Counted from the stretch's first letter, positions 9,747 through 20,805 are shown. The stretch is DNA of 60,808 bases from Putridiphycobacter sp. (GCA_033719695.1 JAWWDX010000001.1:1-60808); one strand, 5' to 3'. Program-made: numbers and translations. The notes: generated by a model not told the origin, from the letters alone.

Positions 9747-10181
9747 TTATTTTTTTCCGGTACTGCCAAACCCACCTTTACCTCTTTCTGTTTCTGAAAG
9801 CGTGTCTACTTCGGTGAAATTAGCTTGTTCATATTTGGCAAAAACAAGTTGCGCTATACGCTCGCCATTTTCAATTTTAAATGCTTCATTTGAAAGGTTA
9901 ACCAAAATCACGCCAATTTCTCCGCGATAGTCTGCGTCAATTGTTCCTGGTGAATTTAACACGGTAATACCATTCTTGTAGGCTAGACCACTTCTTGGTC
10001 GGACCTGTGCTTCATAACCTTCTGGTATCTCAATAAACAGTCCTGTTTTCACAAGGGCCCGTTCCAAAGGTTTAAGCGTAATGGTTTCGCTGGTATGCGC
10101 TCTTAAGTCAACACCGGCAGAATTGATTGTTTCGTATACAGGGATGGCATTATTTGACTGGTTAACTACTTTTACTTTCAT
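9747..10181 (-). CDS. dut: dUTP diphosphatase
   Basis: [27 protein letters not shown] and [10 protein letters not shown] motifs. Confidence 0.97.
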   Translation of the reverse strand: MKVKVVNQSNNAIPVYETINSAGVDLRAHTSETITLKPLERALVKTGLFIEIPEGYEAQVRPRSGLAYKNGITVLNSPGTIDADYRGEIGVILVNLSNEAFKIENGERIAQLVFAKYEQANFTEVDTLSETERGKGGFGSTGKK

Positions 10182-10273
10182 TGACAGAATGTTGTGGTCA
10201 AAGTTACTAAAAATGCAAGAATCTTAATAGAATTTCTTGCTGTTTAAGTTACACTTAGTAACTTTTTAAAATG

Positions 10274-10310
10274 AAAACATCCCAAATGGAATTATCCAAA
10301 TGAGATGTTT
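10274..10310 (-). terminator. Probable terminator hairpin downstream of nrdA
   Basis: AAACATC-CCAAATGGA...TCCAAATGA-GATGTTT imperfect inverted repeat. Confidence 0.45.
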
Positions 10311-10489
10311 ACTATTTATATTTTTGCTTCGACGTTTTGTTTAATTAACTCCATTATTAGCGTTTAAAGACTTTTATGTATGAAACCATCAAACGATTGT
10401 CGACTTTTTCCAAAGTACATTTCCGCTCTATATTGCAGGATACAAGCGATAGTATTATCATCTTGTCTCTGACAAAGTAGCGGCTGGTC

Positions 10490-12853
10490 TTACCCGCTGC
10501 ACATCTCACAACTGTCTGGATCATCCAAAGAACAAGCAATTTCAGCCAACCTTTCTTCTTCTGTCTTAGCCACAGGAGCTGCTGTTGCCGACTTTTCAAG
10601 TGTAAACTTAACAGCATCTGTTGCAGCTTTGGTTCTTAAATAATACATTCCTGTTTTAAGTCCTTTCTCCCAACCATAAAAATGCATTGAGGTCAATTTA
10701 GCGAAATTAGCGTTCTCCATAAAGAGGTTAAGTGATTGTGATTGGCAAATATAAGCACCACGATCAGCTGCTAAATCGATAATTACTTTTTGTGAAATTT
10801 CCCAAGCCGTTTTGTACAATGCTTTGATATCGTCTGGAATGCCCTTGATATTTTGAATAGAGCCATTAGATGCCATTAATGTATTCTTCATTTCTGAATT
10901 CCACAACCCTAATTTTACTAAGTCTTTTAGGAGGTGTTTGTTTACAATGATAAATTCACCAGACAATACTCTTCTTGTATAAATGTTAGATGTATAAGGC
11001 TCAAAGCATTCGTTATTTCCGAGAATTTGTGCAGTAGAGGCTGTTGGCATAGGTGCCATTAATAAAGAGTTTCTAATGCCGTGCTTCTTTACTTCTTCCT
11101 TAAGGATATCCCACTCCCATCTATCTGATGGTTTAACACCCCACATATCGAATTGAAAAACACCTTTTGACATAGGAGAGCCTTTAAAAGTTGAATATGG
11201 TCCTTCTACTTTTGCTAAATCCTTTGAAGCCGTTACAGCGGCATAGTATATGGTTTCAAACACTTCAGCATTTAACTGTTTCGCTTCAGCAGAGTCGAAT
11301 GGGAAACGCATCAAAATGAAAGCATCAGCCAAACCTTGAACACCAATTCCAACTGGGCGGTGACGCATGTTAGAATTTCTGGCTTCTTCAACCGGATAAT
11401 AATTTACGTCAATTACCTTGTTTAAGTTTTTTGTTAACTGATAAGCAACTTCAAATAATTTGTCGTGATCGAATGTTTTTGTTTCGGCATCAACAAATTT
11501 TGGTAATGCAATTGAACCTAAGTTACAAACTGCTGTTTCATCAGGCGCGGTGTACTCTAGTATTTCGGTACATAAATTCGAAGATTTAATTGTACCAATA
11601 TTTTGTTGGTTTGATTTAAGGTTAGCCGCATCTTTATAAACCATGTATGGCGTTCCAGTTTCAATTTGCGATTCCAAAATTTTGAACCAAATATCTTGTG
11701 CCTTAATTGTTTTACGACCTTTTCCTTCTGTTTCATACTTGGTATAGAGTGCTTCAAACTCTTCCCCGTATGCTTCAGATAAGCCAGGACATTCATTCGG
11801 GCACATTAAAGTCCAGTCTCCATTATCTTTCACACGCTTCATGAACAAATCAGGAATCCACATGGCATAGAACAAATCTCTTGCCCGTTGTTCTTCTTTA
11901 CCAGTGTTCTTTTTTAAATCTAAAAAGTCAGAAATATCAGCATGCCAAGGTTCTACATAAATAGCGAAAGAACCTTTACGTTTTCCACCGCCTTGGTCTA
12001 CATAACGAGCTGTATCATTAAACACTCGCAACATAGGTACAATACCATTTGAAGTGCCATTTGTTCCTTTGATATATCCTCCTTTTGCTCTAATATCGTG
12101 AATCGACAGACCGATACCGCCAGCAGATTGAGAAATTTGAGCACATTGTTTCAGTGTGTCATAAATTCCAGCAATGCTATCTTCTTTCATGGTTAGTAAA
12201 AAGCAAGACGACATCTGTGGTTTTGGCGTTCCGGCATTAAAAAGTGTTGGTGTTGCATGTGTAAACCAGCCTTCTGACATCAGGTTATAAGTCTTAACAG
12301 CTGCTTCAATGTCATCTTTGTGAATACCAACTGAAACACGCATGAGCATGTGTTGTGGTCGTTCAACAATTTGTCCATCTAATTTAAGTAAGTATGCTCT
12401 TTCTAATGTTTTAAACCCAAAATAATCATATTTAAAATCTCTGTCATATATTATCTGACCGTCTAGGAAATCAGCATTCTTTTGAATGATTTCGTAAACG
12501 TCTTCAGCTATAAGAGAGGCATTTTGACCCGTTTTAGGGTCTACGTAGTTATATAAATCTTCAACTGTTTCTGAAAAAGATTTTTTTGTGTTTTTATGCA
12601 AATTTGACACTGAAATTCTAGAAGCCAACAAAGCATAATCAGGGTGCTCAATAGTTTTTGAAGCCGATACTTCGGCGGCTAGGTTATCTAATTCAATGGT
12701 AGTTACACCATCATATAAACCTTCAATAACCTTCATTGCAACCAGTTCTGGTTGAACTATTGGGTCAAGACCATAACACAACTTTTTTACTCTAGCGGTT
12801 ATTTTATCAAACTTAACCGGCTCTTTTCTTCCGTCTCTTTTAACTACATACAT
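10490..12853 (-). CDS. nrdA: Class Ia ribonucleotide reductase alpha subunit with N-terminal ATP cone
   Basis: VVKRDG ATP cone, SSCF, SNLCTEI, PTAST, GMYY and C-terminal CxxC. Confidence 0.97.
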   Translation of the reverse strand: MYVVKRDGRKEPVKFDKITARVKKLCYGLDPIVQPELVAMKVIEGLYDGVTTIELDNLAAEVSASKTIEHPDYALLASRISVSNLHKNTKKSFSETVEDLYNYVDPKTGQNASLIAEDVYEIIQKNADFLDGQIIYDRDFKYDYFGFKTLERAYLLKLDGQIVERPQHMLMRVSVGIHKDDIEAAVKTYNLMSEGWFTHATPTLFNAGTPKPQMSSCFLLTMKEDSIAGIYDTLKQCAQISQSAGGIGLSIHDIRAKGGYIKGTNGTSNGIVPMLRVFNDTARYVDQGGGKRKGSFAIYVEPWHADISDFLDLKKNTGKEEQRARDLFYAMWIPDLFMKRVKDNGDWTLMCPNECPGLSEAYGEEFEALYTKYETEGKGRKTIKAQDIWFKILESQIETGTPYMVYKDAANLKSNQQNIGTIKSSNLCTEILEYTAPDETAVCNLGSIALPKFVDAETKTFDHDKLFEVAYQLTKNLNKVIDVNYYPVEEARNSNMRHRPVGIGVQGLADAFILMRFPFDSAEAKQLNAEVFETIYYAAVTASKDLAKVEGPYSTFKGSPMSKGVFQFDMWGVKPSDRWEWDILKEEVKKHGIRNSLLMAPMPTASTAQILGNNECFEPYTSNIYTRRVLSGEFIIVNKHLLKDLVKLGLWNSEMKNTLMASNGSIQNIKGIPDDIKALYKTAWEISQKVIIDLAADRGAYICQSQSLNLFMENANFAKLTSMHFYGWEKGLKTGMYYLRTKAATDAVKFTLEKSATAAPVAKTEEERLAEIACSLDDPDSCEMCSG

Positions 12854-12884
12854 ACTTACTTACTTTTTAATAGGGTTTTTTTAC

Positions 12885-13862
12885 TTAAAATTCTTCATCT
12901 AACGAAAATGTTTGCTTGTCATTTCCGCCTAATACTCCAGCTTTTTGGTATTCTCCAACTCTTTTTTCAAAAAAGTTTGTTTTACCCTGAAGATTAATCA
13001 TATCCATAAAGTCGAATGGATTTGTAACATTGTACACTTTTTCATTACCTAGCTCTACCAACAATCTATCGGCAACAAATTCAATGTATTGTGCCATTAA
13101 ATCTGCGTTCATGCCAATTAGTTTTACAGGTAATGATTCAGTAATAAATTCTCTTTCAATATCAACAGCTGTTGTAATAATTTCTTGGATTTCTTCCTTC
13201 GGTAATTTATTTTTTAAATGCTCGTTGTACAATAGCACAGCAAACTCCATATGCATTCCCTCATCTCTTGAAATCAATTCATTTGAAAAAGTTAGCCCTG
13301 GCATTAAACCTCTCTTTTTTAACCAGAAAATGGCACAAAAAGATCCCGAAAAGAAAATGCCTTCAACTGCTGCGAATGCCACTAATCTTTGCGCAAACGA
13401 CCCATTATCAATCCAATTTAAGGCCCATTTAGCTTTTTTCTGAACTGGTGGAAATGTTTCCAATGCATTGAACAAATAATCTTTCTCTTTATCATCTTTG
13501 ATATACGTATCGATAAGCAAAGAGTATGTTTCCGAATGAATGTTTTCCATCATAATTTGAAATCCATAGAAGAATTTGGCCTCTGTATACTGCACTTCTT
13601 TTACAAAATTCTCAGCTAAATTTTCATTAACAATACCATCAGAAGCTGCAAAAAATGCCAAAACATGTTTGATGAAGAATCGTTCATCATCATTTAATTT
13701 TTCCTCCCAGTGCACTTGGTCTTGCGATAAGTCTAATTCTTCTGCAGTCCAAATACATGCTTCTTGGGTTTTGTATGCCTTCCAAATATCGTCATGTTCA
13801 ATAGGAAACAATACAAATCTGTTAGGGTTTTCAATTAAAATTGGTTCGTCTAATTCAGCCAT
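12885..13862 (-). CDS. nrdB: Class Ia ribonucleotide reductase beta subunit
   Basis: [14 protein letters not shown] (radical Tyr), VEGIFF, RDEGMH and NFFEKRV..Y motifs. Confidence 0.97.
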   Translation of the reverse strand: MAELDEPILIENPNRFVLFPIEHDDIWKAYKTQEACIWTAEELDLSQDQVHWEEKLNDDERFFIKHVLAFFAASDGIVNENLAENFVKEVQYTEAKFFYGFQIMMENIHSETYSLLIDTYIKDDKEKDYLFNALETFPPVQKKAKWALNWIDNGSFAQRLVAFAAVEGIFFSGSFCAIFWLKKRGLMPGLTFSNELISRDEGMHMEFAVLLYNEHLKNKLPKEEIQEIITTAVDIEREFITESLPVKLIGMNADLMAQYIEFVADRLLVELGNEKVYNVTNPFDFMDMINLQGKTNFFEKRVGEYQKAGVLGGNDKQTFSLDEEF

Positions 13863-13934
13863 AATTTTGTTTTCTTATTAAGTGTTCCGTCCACTTTTGT
13901 CTACCTCCAGTATAAACTCAAGCTGGCATCAATT

Positions 13935-14169
13935 TGTTGAAAAAAAAGGTTTTTTTGCTTCAAAAAGTGGAATACAAAAGTTCATATTTTTTCGCTATTT
14001 CACAACATAAAACAATTCACAAATTCACCAGTTTTTTCAACAATTGCTCTTCAGAACATGTTTTAAACACAATAATTACAGTGACTTATGCTAAAGTTTA
14101 TTGGTGGATATTTTTGAAGACTGGGCAGAAAAAAAATTAAGACTAACAACTTCTCCACAATTTTCAACT
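13935..14169. promoter_or_regulatory. Cluster of DnaA-box-like 9-mers upstream of nrdB
   Basis: TTTTCAACA (13935-43 reverse; 14034-42), TTTTAAACA (14061-69), TTCTCCACA (14151-59), ATATCCACC (14103-11 reverse), TTTTCAACT (14161-69). Confidence 0.5.
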
Positions 14170-14322
14170 TCTCCTTTTTTAATCATAAACTACCCTAACT
14201 ATTGCAATCCGCAAGTTAGTTGAAATTGTCACGATATTGTTCAAAAAACACCTATTACTTACCAACTATAAAATGTGAAAAAATTTCAATATATTGTGTT
14301 AAAATATTTTAACATTTTATAA

Positions 14323-15012
14323 ATGAACATTCTGCGATTGGTTACATATGGTTTGTTAGATGTTTTCTTTCCAAATAATTGTGAAATATGTGGCTCGCAT
14401 CTAATACATTCTGAGTCTTTTATATGCTTGAAATGCAAATTCAACTTGCCATATATAGACCGGCATCCTCAAATGGAAATAGCTATTCAAAAAGTATTTT
14501 GGGGTCGTGTTGATGTTCAAAAAGTATACAGCGTTTATAACTATCAAAAAGGTACAAATACTCAAAAAATATTGCAGGCCATAAAATATCATAACAAAAC
14601 AAAACTTGCCATTCATTTGGGAGAAATAATGGGTGATCATTTACCAAAAACTAATCTGTTCGATTGCATTATTCCAGTACCACTACACCCAAAAAAACTT
14701 AAAAAAAGAGGGTATAATCAAAGTCTTCTTTTAGCCCAAGGTATTCAAAAAAGCATCAACGTACCAATTAACACATATGTTCTTGAGCGGATAAAAATTA
14801 GCGCTTCTCAAACTACATTTTCTAAGTATGATCGATTTGAAAATGTTCGCAAAATTTTTGCTGCCAAAAATCTAGATACTATCGAAAATAAACATATTCT
14901 TTTAGTAGATGATGTTTTAACAACAGGTGCCACGCTGGAAGCTTGTGTGGCCGCTATTCATGCCCATATCAACTGCAATATAAGTATTGCAACATTAGCA
15001 GTCAGGATTTAA
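14323..15012 (+). CDS. comF: ComF family protein (zinc ribbon + phosphoribosyltransferase-like domain)
   Basis: CxxC...CxxC, PVPLH, RGYNQS and LLVDDVLTTGAT motifs. Confidence 0.9.
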   Translation: MNILRLVTYGLLDVFFPNNCEICGSHLIHSESFICLKCKFNLPYIDRHPQMEIAIQKVFWGRVDVQKVYSVYNYQKGTNTQKILQAIKYHNKTKLAIHLGEIMGDHLPKTNLFDCIIPVPLHPKKLKKRGYNQSLLLAQGIQKSINVPINTYVLERIKISASQTTFSKYDRFENVRKIFAAKNLDTIENKHILLVDDVLTTGATLEACVAAIHAHINCNISIATLAVRI

Positions 15013-15055
15013 ATTCTATAATCTTAAAAACCGTATTTTTGAGATTTCAATCATT

Positions 15056-16105
15056 ATGAATAATAAACCAATCATTATAGTTGGATTTGGACTAGCAGGC
15101 ATTACTATGGCTTGGCAGCTCCACTTCCGAAACCTCAACTTTATTGTTATTGGCGACGCAGAAAATACGTGCACTCGTGCAGCTGCCGGACTTGTTAATC
15201 CAATAGTCTTTAAGCGCCTGAACTTAAGTTGGCTAGTAAAAGACTTAATGCCAACAGCTGATAATTTTTATCAATTGGTAGCCTCACATTTAAAGGTAGA
15301 TGTTCGCAGACATTTACCAATTGTTAAGATTTTTAATTCATATGAAGATGAAAACAATTGGGTGGTTAAGCAGTCCAATCCAGAATTTAAACAATATTTA
15401 GGTGACATTAATGAACATCACTGTGCGTCCATTCACATGCCATTTGGATCGGGTTCCGTCAATACGATCGGACATTTAGATACGGTAGCATATATGACAC
15501 ATTCACGTCGTTATTTTGAAGGCTTAGGCTACAAGTTTATGACTGAAAAATTTGATTACACTGCCCTTGATTCAAATAACGGCCTTTACAAATCTCTGCC
15601 GTTTCAGCAGGTCATTTTTTGTGAAGGATACGGTTTGAAAACAAACCCTTTTTTTAATTACTTGCCATTGAACGGCACTCATGGAGATACATTGATTATT
15701 AAATCAACTTCATTGCAAGCATCTGCCGTAATTAATAAAAATATGTTCATTATGCCATTAGGTAATGATTTATATAAAGTGGGAGCAACTTATAATTGGA
15801 CAAAAAAAGTCCCAGAGCCCACAGAAGTTGGAAAAAACGAGCTGCTTGAAAAAATGCGATTAATTGCTGATTTTGATTTTGAAGTAGTGTCTCAACAAGC
15901 TGGTATACGACCCACTGTGACAGATAGACGACCTTTAATTGGCACCCATCCTCAATATACCAATCTATCGGTTTTTAACGGTCTTGGTACTAAAGGTGTC
16001 ATGCTAGCTCCCTATTTTTCTGATCATCTCATTAATCATTTACAATCCAATACAGAGCTGAATGTTGAAGTGAATATTTCACGTTTTGAAAAATTTTTAA
16101 CTTAA
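15056..16105 (+). CDS. FAD-dependent oxidoreductase (DAO/glycine oxidase/MnmC C-terminal-like)
   Basis: IVGFGLAG, AAAGLVNP, GATY, AGIRPT..DRRPLIG and GLGTKG motifs. Confidence 0.85.
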   Translation: MNNKPIIIVGFGLAGITMAWQLHFRNLNFIVIGDAENTCTRAAAGLVNPIVFKRLNLSWLVKDLMPTADNFYQLVASHLKVDVRRHLPIVKIFNSYEDENNWVVKQSNPEFKQYLGDINEHHCASIHMPFGSGSVNTIGHLDTVAYMTHSRRYFEGLGYKFMTEKFDYTALDSNNGLYKSLPFQQVIFCEGYGLKTNPFFNYLPLNGTHGDTLIIKSTSLQASAVINKNMFIMPLGNDLYKVGATYNWTKKVPEPTEVGKNELLEKMRLIADFDFEVVSQQAGIRPTVTDRRPLIGTHPQYTNLSVFNGLGTKGVMLAPYFSDHLINHLQSNTELNVEVNISRFEKFLT

Positions 16106-16134
16106 CTTTGTACCCTATAACAAAACAAATAAAT

Positions 16135-16551
16135 ATGTACCCACCAGAATTAACAAAACCAATGAAAGAAGAATTAATTTCTTCAGGATTTGAAAGCTTA
16201 GAATCACCAGAAGAAGTGGACACTGTTTTAAATGACAAAAATAACGACACTGTATTAGTGGTTATTAATTCAGTATGCGGTTGTGCAGCTGGTAGTTTAC
16301 GCCCAGGTGTAATTAAGGCCACTAAACATAGCAAATTACCAAGTAAATTAACTACTGTTTTTGCAGGTGTCGACGGAGAGGCTGTAAGTCAAGCTAGGAA
16401 ATATACCCTGCCGTACCCGCCATCATCTCCTTCTGTCGGTTTATTTAAAAACGGTACTTTAGTGCATTTTTTAGAACGGCACCATATTGAAGGACGTACA
16501 GCAGATATGATTGCTGAAAACTTAACCATGGCTTTTGATGAGTATTGTTAA
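16135..16551 (+). CDS. BrxA/BrxB family bacilliredoxin
   Basis: MYP..L.KPM start, NSVCGCAAG (CGC), TVFAG.D, PPSSPS..LFK and RHHIEG motifs. Confidence 0.9.
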   Translation: MYPPELTKPMKEELISSGFESLESPEEVDTVLNDKNNDTVLVVINSVCGCAAGSLRPGVIKATKHSKLPSKLTTVFAGVDGEAVSQARKYTLPYPPSSPSVGLFKNGTLVHFLERHHIEGRTADMIAENLTMAFDEYC

Positions 16552-16575
16552 GCAACAGTTAAAATGATTTAGTTT

Positions 16576-16605
16576 ATGCCAGCCAGTAATTGGCTGGCAT
16601 TTTTT
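16576..16605 (+). terminator. Intrinsic terminator after the bacilliredoxin gene
   Basis: ATGCCAGCCA-GTAAT-TGGCTGGCAT-TTTTT, a perfect 10-bp stem. Confidence 0.85.
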
Positions 16606-16614
16606 ATGTTAACT

Positions 16615-16902
16615 ATGAAAAATCCATATATAATTTTTGTGCTCACTTGTGCTACACTCTTTAGCTTTTTTTACTTCTATGAAGTTGATTTATTTCAAGC
16701 CGAAATCAATTCAAATAACAGTAAATTGATTAAAGAGATTCCGCTTCGTAATTTTTTTCAAAAACAACCAGTGCCAACAAACTATTCTGTGAAGCCAACT
16801 TCGCAAGGATGGCTATTGTTATTAGCTATTTTTGTAGGCCTACCAGTAATGATTGCCTATCGAATTACCTTGAAACGTTATCCTCGTCGCGCAGAAAAAT
16901 AA
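16615..16902 (+). CDS. Small hypothetical membrane protein (two hydrophobic segments)
   Basis: The track start at 16576 lies inside the terminator, so ATG 16615 (or 16606) is more likely. Confidence 0.6.
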   Translation: MKNPYIIFVLTCATLFSFFYFYEVDLFQAEINSNNSKLIKEIPLRNFFQKQPVPTNYSVKPTSQGWLLLLAIFVGLPVMIAYRITLKRYPRRAEK

Positions 16903-16957
16903 ATTTGCCTGCCAAATTATTGACACAAAAACTATCTTTGATAAAAATATTACAATC

Positions 16958-18010
16958 ATGTCCATTCAAATACCATTACTTGCTGAAATTTGTAAAACCC
17001 CTGGAGCACCTGGCTTTGAGCAAAAAGTTAGAGAACTTGTAATTAGGGAAGTTACCCCATTAGTTGATGAAGTAAGTGTCGATAACATGGGAAATGTTTA
17101 TGCCTTTAAAAAAGGGAGAAGCGACAAAAAAGTTATGATTGGAGCGCATATGGACGAAATTGGATTTATGGTAACGCACATTGATGATGACGGCTTTATT
17201 CGTTTTCATACCTTGGGTGGTTTTGATCCAAAAACGTTAACTGCACAACGTGTTATTATACACGGTAAAAAAGATATTATAGGTGTAATGGCCTCGAAGC
17301 CCATTCACGTTATGACATCAGAAGAAAAAAATAAAGTTGCTAAAATTTCCGACTATTTTATTGACACAGGTTTACCTAAAAAAGACGTAGAAGCCATTGT
17401 AACCATAGGGGACCCAATCACGAGGGAACGGGAGTTTATCGAGATGGGAAAATGTGTGAATTCAAAATCGTTAGACAACAGGTTAGCTGTTTTTATTTTA
17501 ATTGAAACGCTAAGAGCTCTCAGAACAGTAGAAGTGCCTTACGACGTCTATGGTGTTTTCACAGTTCAAGAGGAAGTAGGTATTAGAGGCGCTAATGTTT
17601 CATCACTAAAAATTAATCCTGATTTTGGTTTCGGACTAGATACTACCATTGCATTTGATTTACCCGGTGCGGCTGCCCATGAAAAAATCACTAAACTTGG
17701 AGAGGGAACTGCTATTAAAATAATGGATGCAAGTACTATTTGTGATTACAGAATGGTATCGTATATGAAACAAACGGCAAATAAACACGGTATTAAATGG
17801 CAGCCCGAAATTTTAACTGCAGGCGGTACAGATACAGCAGGTATTCAGCGAATGACACAAGGAGGATCCATTGCTGGAGCTGTTTCAATTCCTACTAGAC
17901 ATTTGCATCAAGTTATTGAAATGGCGCATGTGGACGACATTAAAGGTTCTATTGATTTGCTAGAAGCGTGTATTAGGGAATTAGACCAGTTTGATTGGTC
18001 ATTTAAATAG
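16958..18010 (+). CDS. M42 family aminopeptidase
   Basis: AHMDEIG, LDNR, QEEVG, GGTD and PTRHLH motifs. Confidence 0.93.
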   Translation: MSIQIPLLAEICKTPGAPGFEQKVRELVIREVTPLVDEVSVDNMGNVYAFKKGRSDKKVMIGAHMDEIGFMVTHIDDDGFIRFHTLGGFDPKTLTAQRVIIHGKKDIIGVMASKPIHVMTSEEKNKVAKISDYFIDTGLPKKDVEAIVTIGDPITREREFIEMGKCVNSKSLDNRLAVFILIETLRALRTVEVPYDVYGVFTVQEEVGIRGANVSSLKINPDFGFGLDTTIAFDLPGAAAHEKITKLGEGTAIKIMDASTICDYRMVSYMKQTANKHGIKWQPEILTAGGTDTAGIQRMTQGGSIAGAVSIPTRHLHQVIEMAHVDDIKGSIDLLEACIRELDQFDWSFK

Positions 18011-18013
18011 TAT

Positions 18014-20203
18014 TTACCTTAGCAAGGTCACATGGCCATTGATGTTTTTTAGTTTACCCGTATCGTATTCATAATATCGGATATACCAAAGGTAAACACC
18101 GCTCTGTGCAGGTTCACCGCCATAATTACCATCCCATTCAGCCTCTGGATTTTCTGATTGGAAAACTAGTTCACCCCAACGGTTATATATGTACATATAA
18201 TAATTTTGTGGTCTGTATAGGATGGGTTTAAAGGTACTGTTTACACCGCCATTACCGGGTGTAAATGCATTAGGTACTATTATTGGGATGACTGGGTTTA
18301 CTGTCAACTTTGCCCAGGCCGTATCTTTGCACCCTTCAACATTTCTTACAACTTGATAAGGGAAGTAAATACCTGGTTTTGGGTAAACATAAGTAGTAGT
18401 ATGTAATGTAGAAAGTCTTCCGTTTCCAAAGTAGAACCAGTTCTTATAGGCATCATCAGAAGTGTTTATAAAAGTAAATTCAGCTTCATATTCATCTCTT
18501 ACCAGTGGGTCGACAGTAAAACCAGCTGTTGGCTTGGGCTCTACAACAACTAATTCCTCTTTTGTCAGCTCTAGTGTATCAATGCAACCATCAGTTGTCC
18601 ATATTGTTAAGCTTACGTCGTATACACCCGGCTCCTTGTAAACATGTAATGGATTCGTAGATGTACTTGGTGGGGTTCCATCTCCAAAATTCCAAAATGA
18701 AAAATAAGGCGTATAAGCGAAAGATTGATTAACAAAACTCGCTTCATAAGGAGCACATTTCAAGTTATCATCTCCTTTAAAAGCAATTTTAGGGGGACCA
18801 TATACTAGCACCTCATCAATAAAAGTTTCCTCACAATTATCATACATTACCGTAAATGAAACTTCATTATACCCCGCTTTATCAAAAACAATATTCGTTG
18901 GATTCTGATCTGTTGAAAAACTTGGCATGGCTGTTGGTCCAAAATCCCAGTAAAAGGTACTACCTGGTGGAATTATTCCACCGCCAACAAAATTATAACT
19001 GTTTCCGAAAATACACTGAGGTGGAGGTGGCACAAACTCAGCCTCTACTTGGTCATTGATGATAAAATCTTGACTTGTTGTGTCGCTACATCCTTGGCTT
19101 TTTGATACAATCAATGTTACCGTATAAGTTCCAGGTCCTGGAAAAGTAAATGATGGCTCGAATGCTGTACTTTGGTCGGCAGTAGTATTGGACACTCCAA
19201 AATCCCAAAGATATGATGTTCCTCCAAAACTCTCATTTTTAAATTGAACGTTTAATCCCTGACAAAAACTCACAAAAGTTGGCAATTCAGTTTGAGGGGT
19301 AATAACGGCTGCTAATTCAATTTCACAATCTAACACCCTAAATAAGAAATCTCTTCTAGTTGTGTTTAATAAAACACCATTTCGATATTCACTGACACAA
19401 ATTCCAACAGCATAAATACCTGTAAACTGTGGGACTGCAGTTAGGAAACCTGTACTATTATTGATATTAGTTGGAGAACCTGTGCCAAACGGAAAAGTAG
19501 CATTAAATCCTGTTCCCCAATTTACTAAATTATATTGAGGTGGTGAAGCTGGATTTGGTGCGGGTGAGTTTGAGGTTCCGCCTTGATATGGGGAACAGAG
19601 ATAATAAGCCAATGAATCACCGTCGGGGTCAGTTGCAGCATGATTAAATTGTAATGTTTGATTAGCACAAAGCAGTAAAGGTGGCGTTTGATCGAACCGA
19701 GGAGAGCTGTTGCAAACCGCTAATGCAGCCACCGGAATTTTGGCGGTTAAAGTCAGACCTTGGCCAGCTGGGGCGCTTAAATTAGTGACGTTTGGTCCCC
19801 TGCAACAGCGCTGATATGACAAAGTATACCCGGTATTTGACGAAGGAAGGGTTACTATTTTCTCATAAATAGCTTCTTCAATACAAATATTACTAGGAAT
19901 TGTTATGCATGGGTTATTGTTAAAATTTACCTGCAAATTAGTAGAGCCTGGAAAAGGAATTGTAAAATTATCAATTTGATTATCATTACCATCAAAAACC
20001 GTAACTGGTAGTTGAGGATCAAATTGCGCCCCTGTAGAATTACAATCTCTGTATAATTTAACTGTCACTCGATATTGATTTCCGCCTAAACAATCGTAGA
20101 ACATTTCTCCTCCAACGATATGAGATGCATAACTAAAAAAATAAGATAGCAGAGTGAGTGATATGAATAGAAATCGTTTCAAGTTCTTAAAATTACAAAA
20201 CAA
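18014..20203 (-). CDS. PKD-domain protein with gliding motility-associated (type B T9SS) C-terminal domain
   Basis: ASHIVGGEMFY N-domain, WDFG PKD repeats, VPNAFTPGNGG..N...IYNRWG...WDG...GHVTLLR. Start uncertain (TTG 20203 or TTG 20182). Confidence 0.9.
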   Translation of the reverse strand: MFCNFKNLKRFLFISLTLLSYFFSYASHIVGGEMFYDCLGGNQYRVTVKLYRDCNSTGAQFDPQLPVTVFDGNDNQIDNFTIPFPGSTNLQVNFNNNPCITIPSNICIEEAIYEKIVTLPSSNTGYTLSYQRCCRGPNVTNLSAPAGQGLTLTAKIPVAALAVCNSSPRFDQTPPLLLCANQTLQFNHAATDPDGDSLAYYLCSPYQGGTSNSPAPNPASPPQYNLVNWGTGFNATFPFGTGSPTNINNSTGFLTAVPQFTGIYAVGICVSEYRNGVLLNTTRRDFLFRVLDCEIELAAVITPQTELPTFVSFCQGLNVQFKNESFGGTSYLWDFGVSNTTADQSTAFEPSFTFPGPGTYTVTLIVSKSQGCSDTTSQDFIINDQVEAEFVPPPPQCIFGNSYNFVGGGIIPPGSTFYWDFGPTAMPSFSTDQNPTNIVFDKAGYNEVSFTVMYDNCEETFIDEVLVYGPPKIAFKGDDNLKCAPYEASFVNQSFAYTPYFSFWNFGDGTPPSTSTNPLHVYKEPGVYDVSLTIWTTDGCIDTLELTKEELVVVEPKPTAGFTVDPLVRDEYEAEFTFINTSDDAYKNWFYFGNGRLSTLHTTTYVYPKPGIYFPYQVVRNVEGCKDTAWAKLTVNPVIPIIVPNAFTPGNGGVNSTFKPILYRPQNYYMYIYNRWGELVFQSENPEAEWDGNYGGEPAQSGVYLWYIRYYEYDTGKLKNINGHVTLLR

Positions 20204-20229
20204 TGTAACATAAGAAACGTAAAAACATT

Positions 20230-20805
20230 TTAATTAGTTGACTTATTGATTAAATAAAACCCAACCCCTATTGAAACCCTAAATTCATCCAAATATGTTG
20301 GGTATGAATTTGAGATGTGTTTTCCCATAATTTGCCGACATTCTAAATTTAAATCTAGCCTGTTATTCAATTTATAATCAAACCCTAGCCCAGCTGAAAC
20401 TAAAGGGTTAAATGCTGGCTCAAATGTTAGCACATCCTCGGCGTTTATAATGCCATATTCAGTAGATTGTGTATAGGAAAGCCCAAATTGTGCCCCTATG
20501 TATGGCCGAAAGTTTTCCTTAAAAAAATAATGAAAGCCTCCTAAAAATAATTGGTGATTGATAGAAAACCTAGTCCTATCGCCCTGCTGACCCATAAAAT
20601 AAAATCCATCCAAACGCAATTCAAAATTATTCTTTTCGAATCCTAGATTTCCATGCAACTGCATGGTTTGCGTGTTTTCTGTGATAAACCCATGACTATA
20701 ATTTGTTCCCAATTTCAGATGCCAATCGTTTGTTGATTGACTAAAACCTGTAAAAAGGGTTATAAAAATAAAAAGACTTGTCGCTAAAAATTTGTAATTT
20801 ACCAT
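20230..20805 (-). CDS. Outer-membrane beta-barrel protein (~8 strands)
   Basis: Signal peptide, alternating beta strands, RPYIGAQFG, terminal VSIGVGFY. Confidence 0.75.
   Translation of the reverse strand: MVNYKFLATSLFIFITLFTGFSQSTNDWHLKLGTNYSHGFITENTQTMQLHGNLGFEKNNFELRLDGFYFMGQQGDRTRFSINHQLFLGGFHYFFKENFRPYIGAQFGLSYTQSTEYGIINAEDVLTFEPAFNPLVSAGLGFDYKLNNRLDLNLECRQIMGKHISNSYPTYLDEFRVSIGVGFYLINKSTN

Noticed and set aside
10357-10617. 86-aa ORF overlapping the nrdA 3' end, with an LVSC lipobox-like stretch
   Set aside because: Off-frame overlap, no proper signal peptide and no recognisable domain.
13934-14140. 68-aa ORF in the nrdB-comF intergenic region
   Set aside because: Low-complexity translation of AT-rich regulatory DNA with a TTG start.
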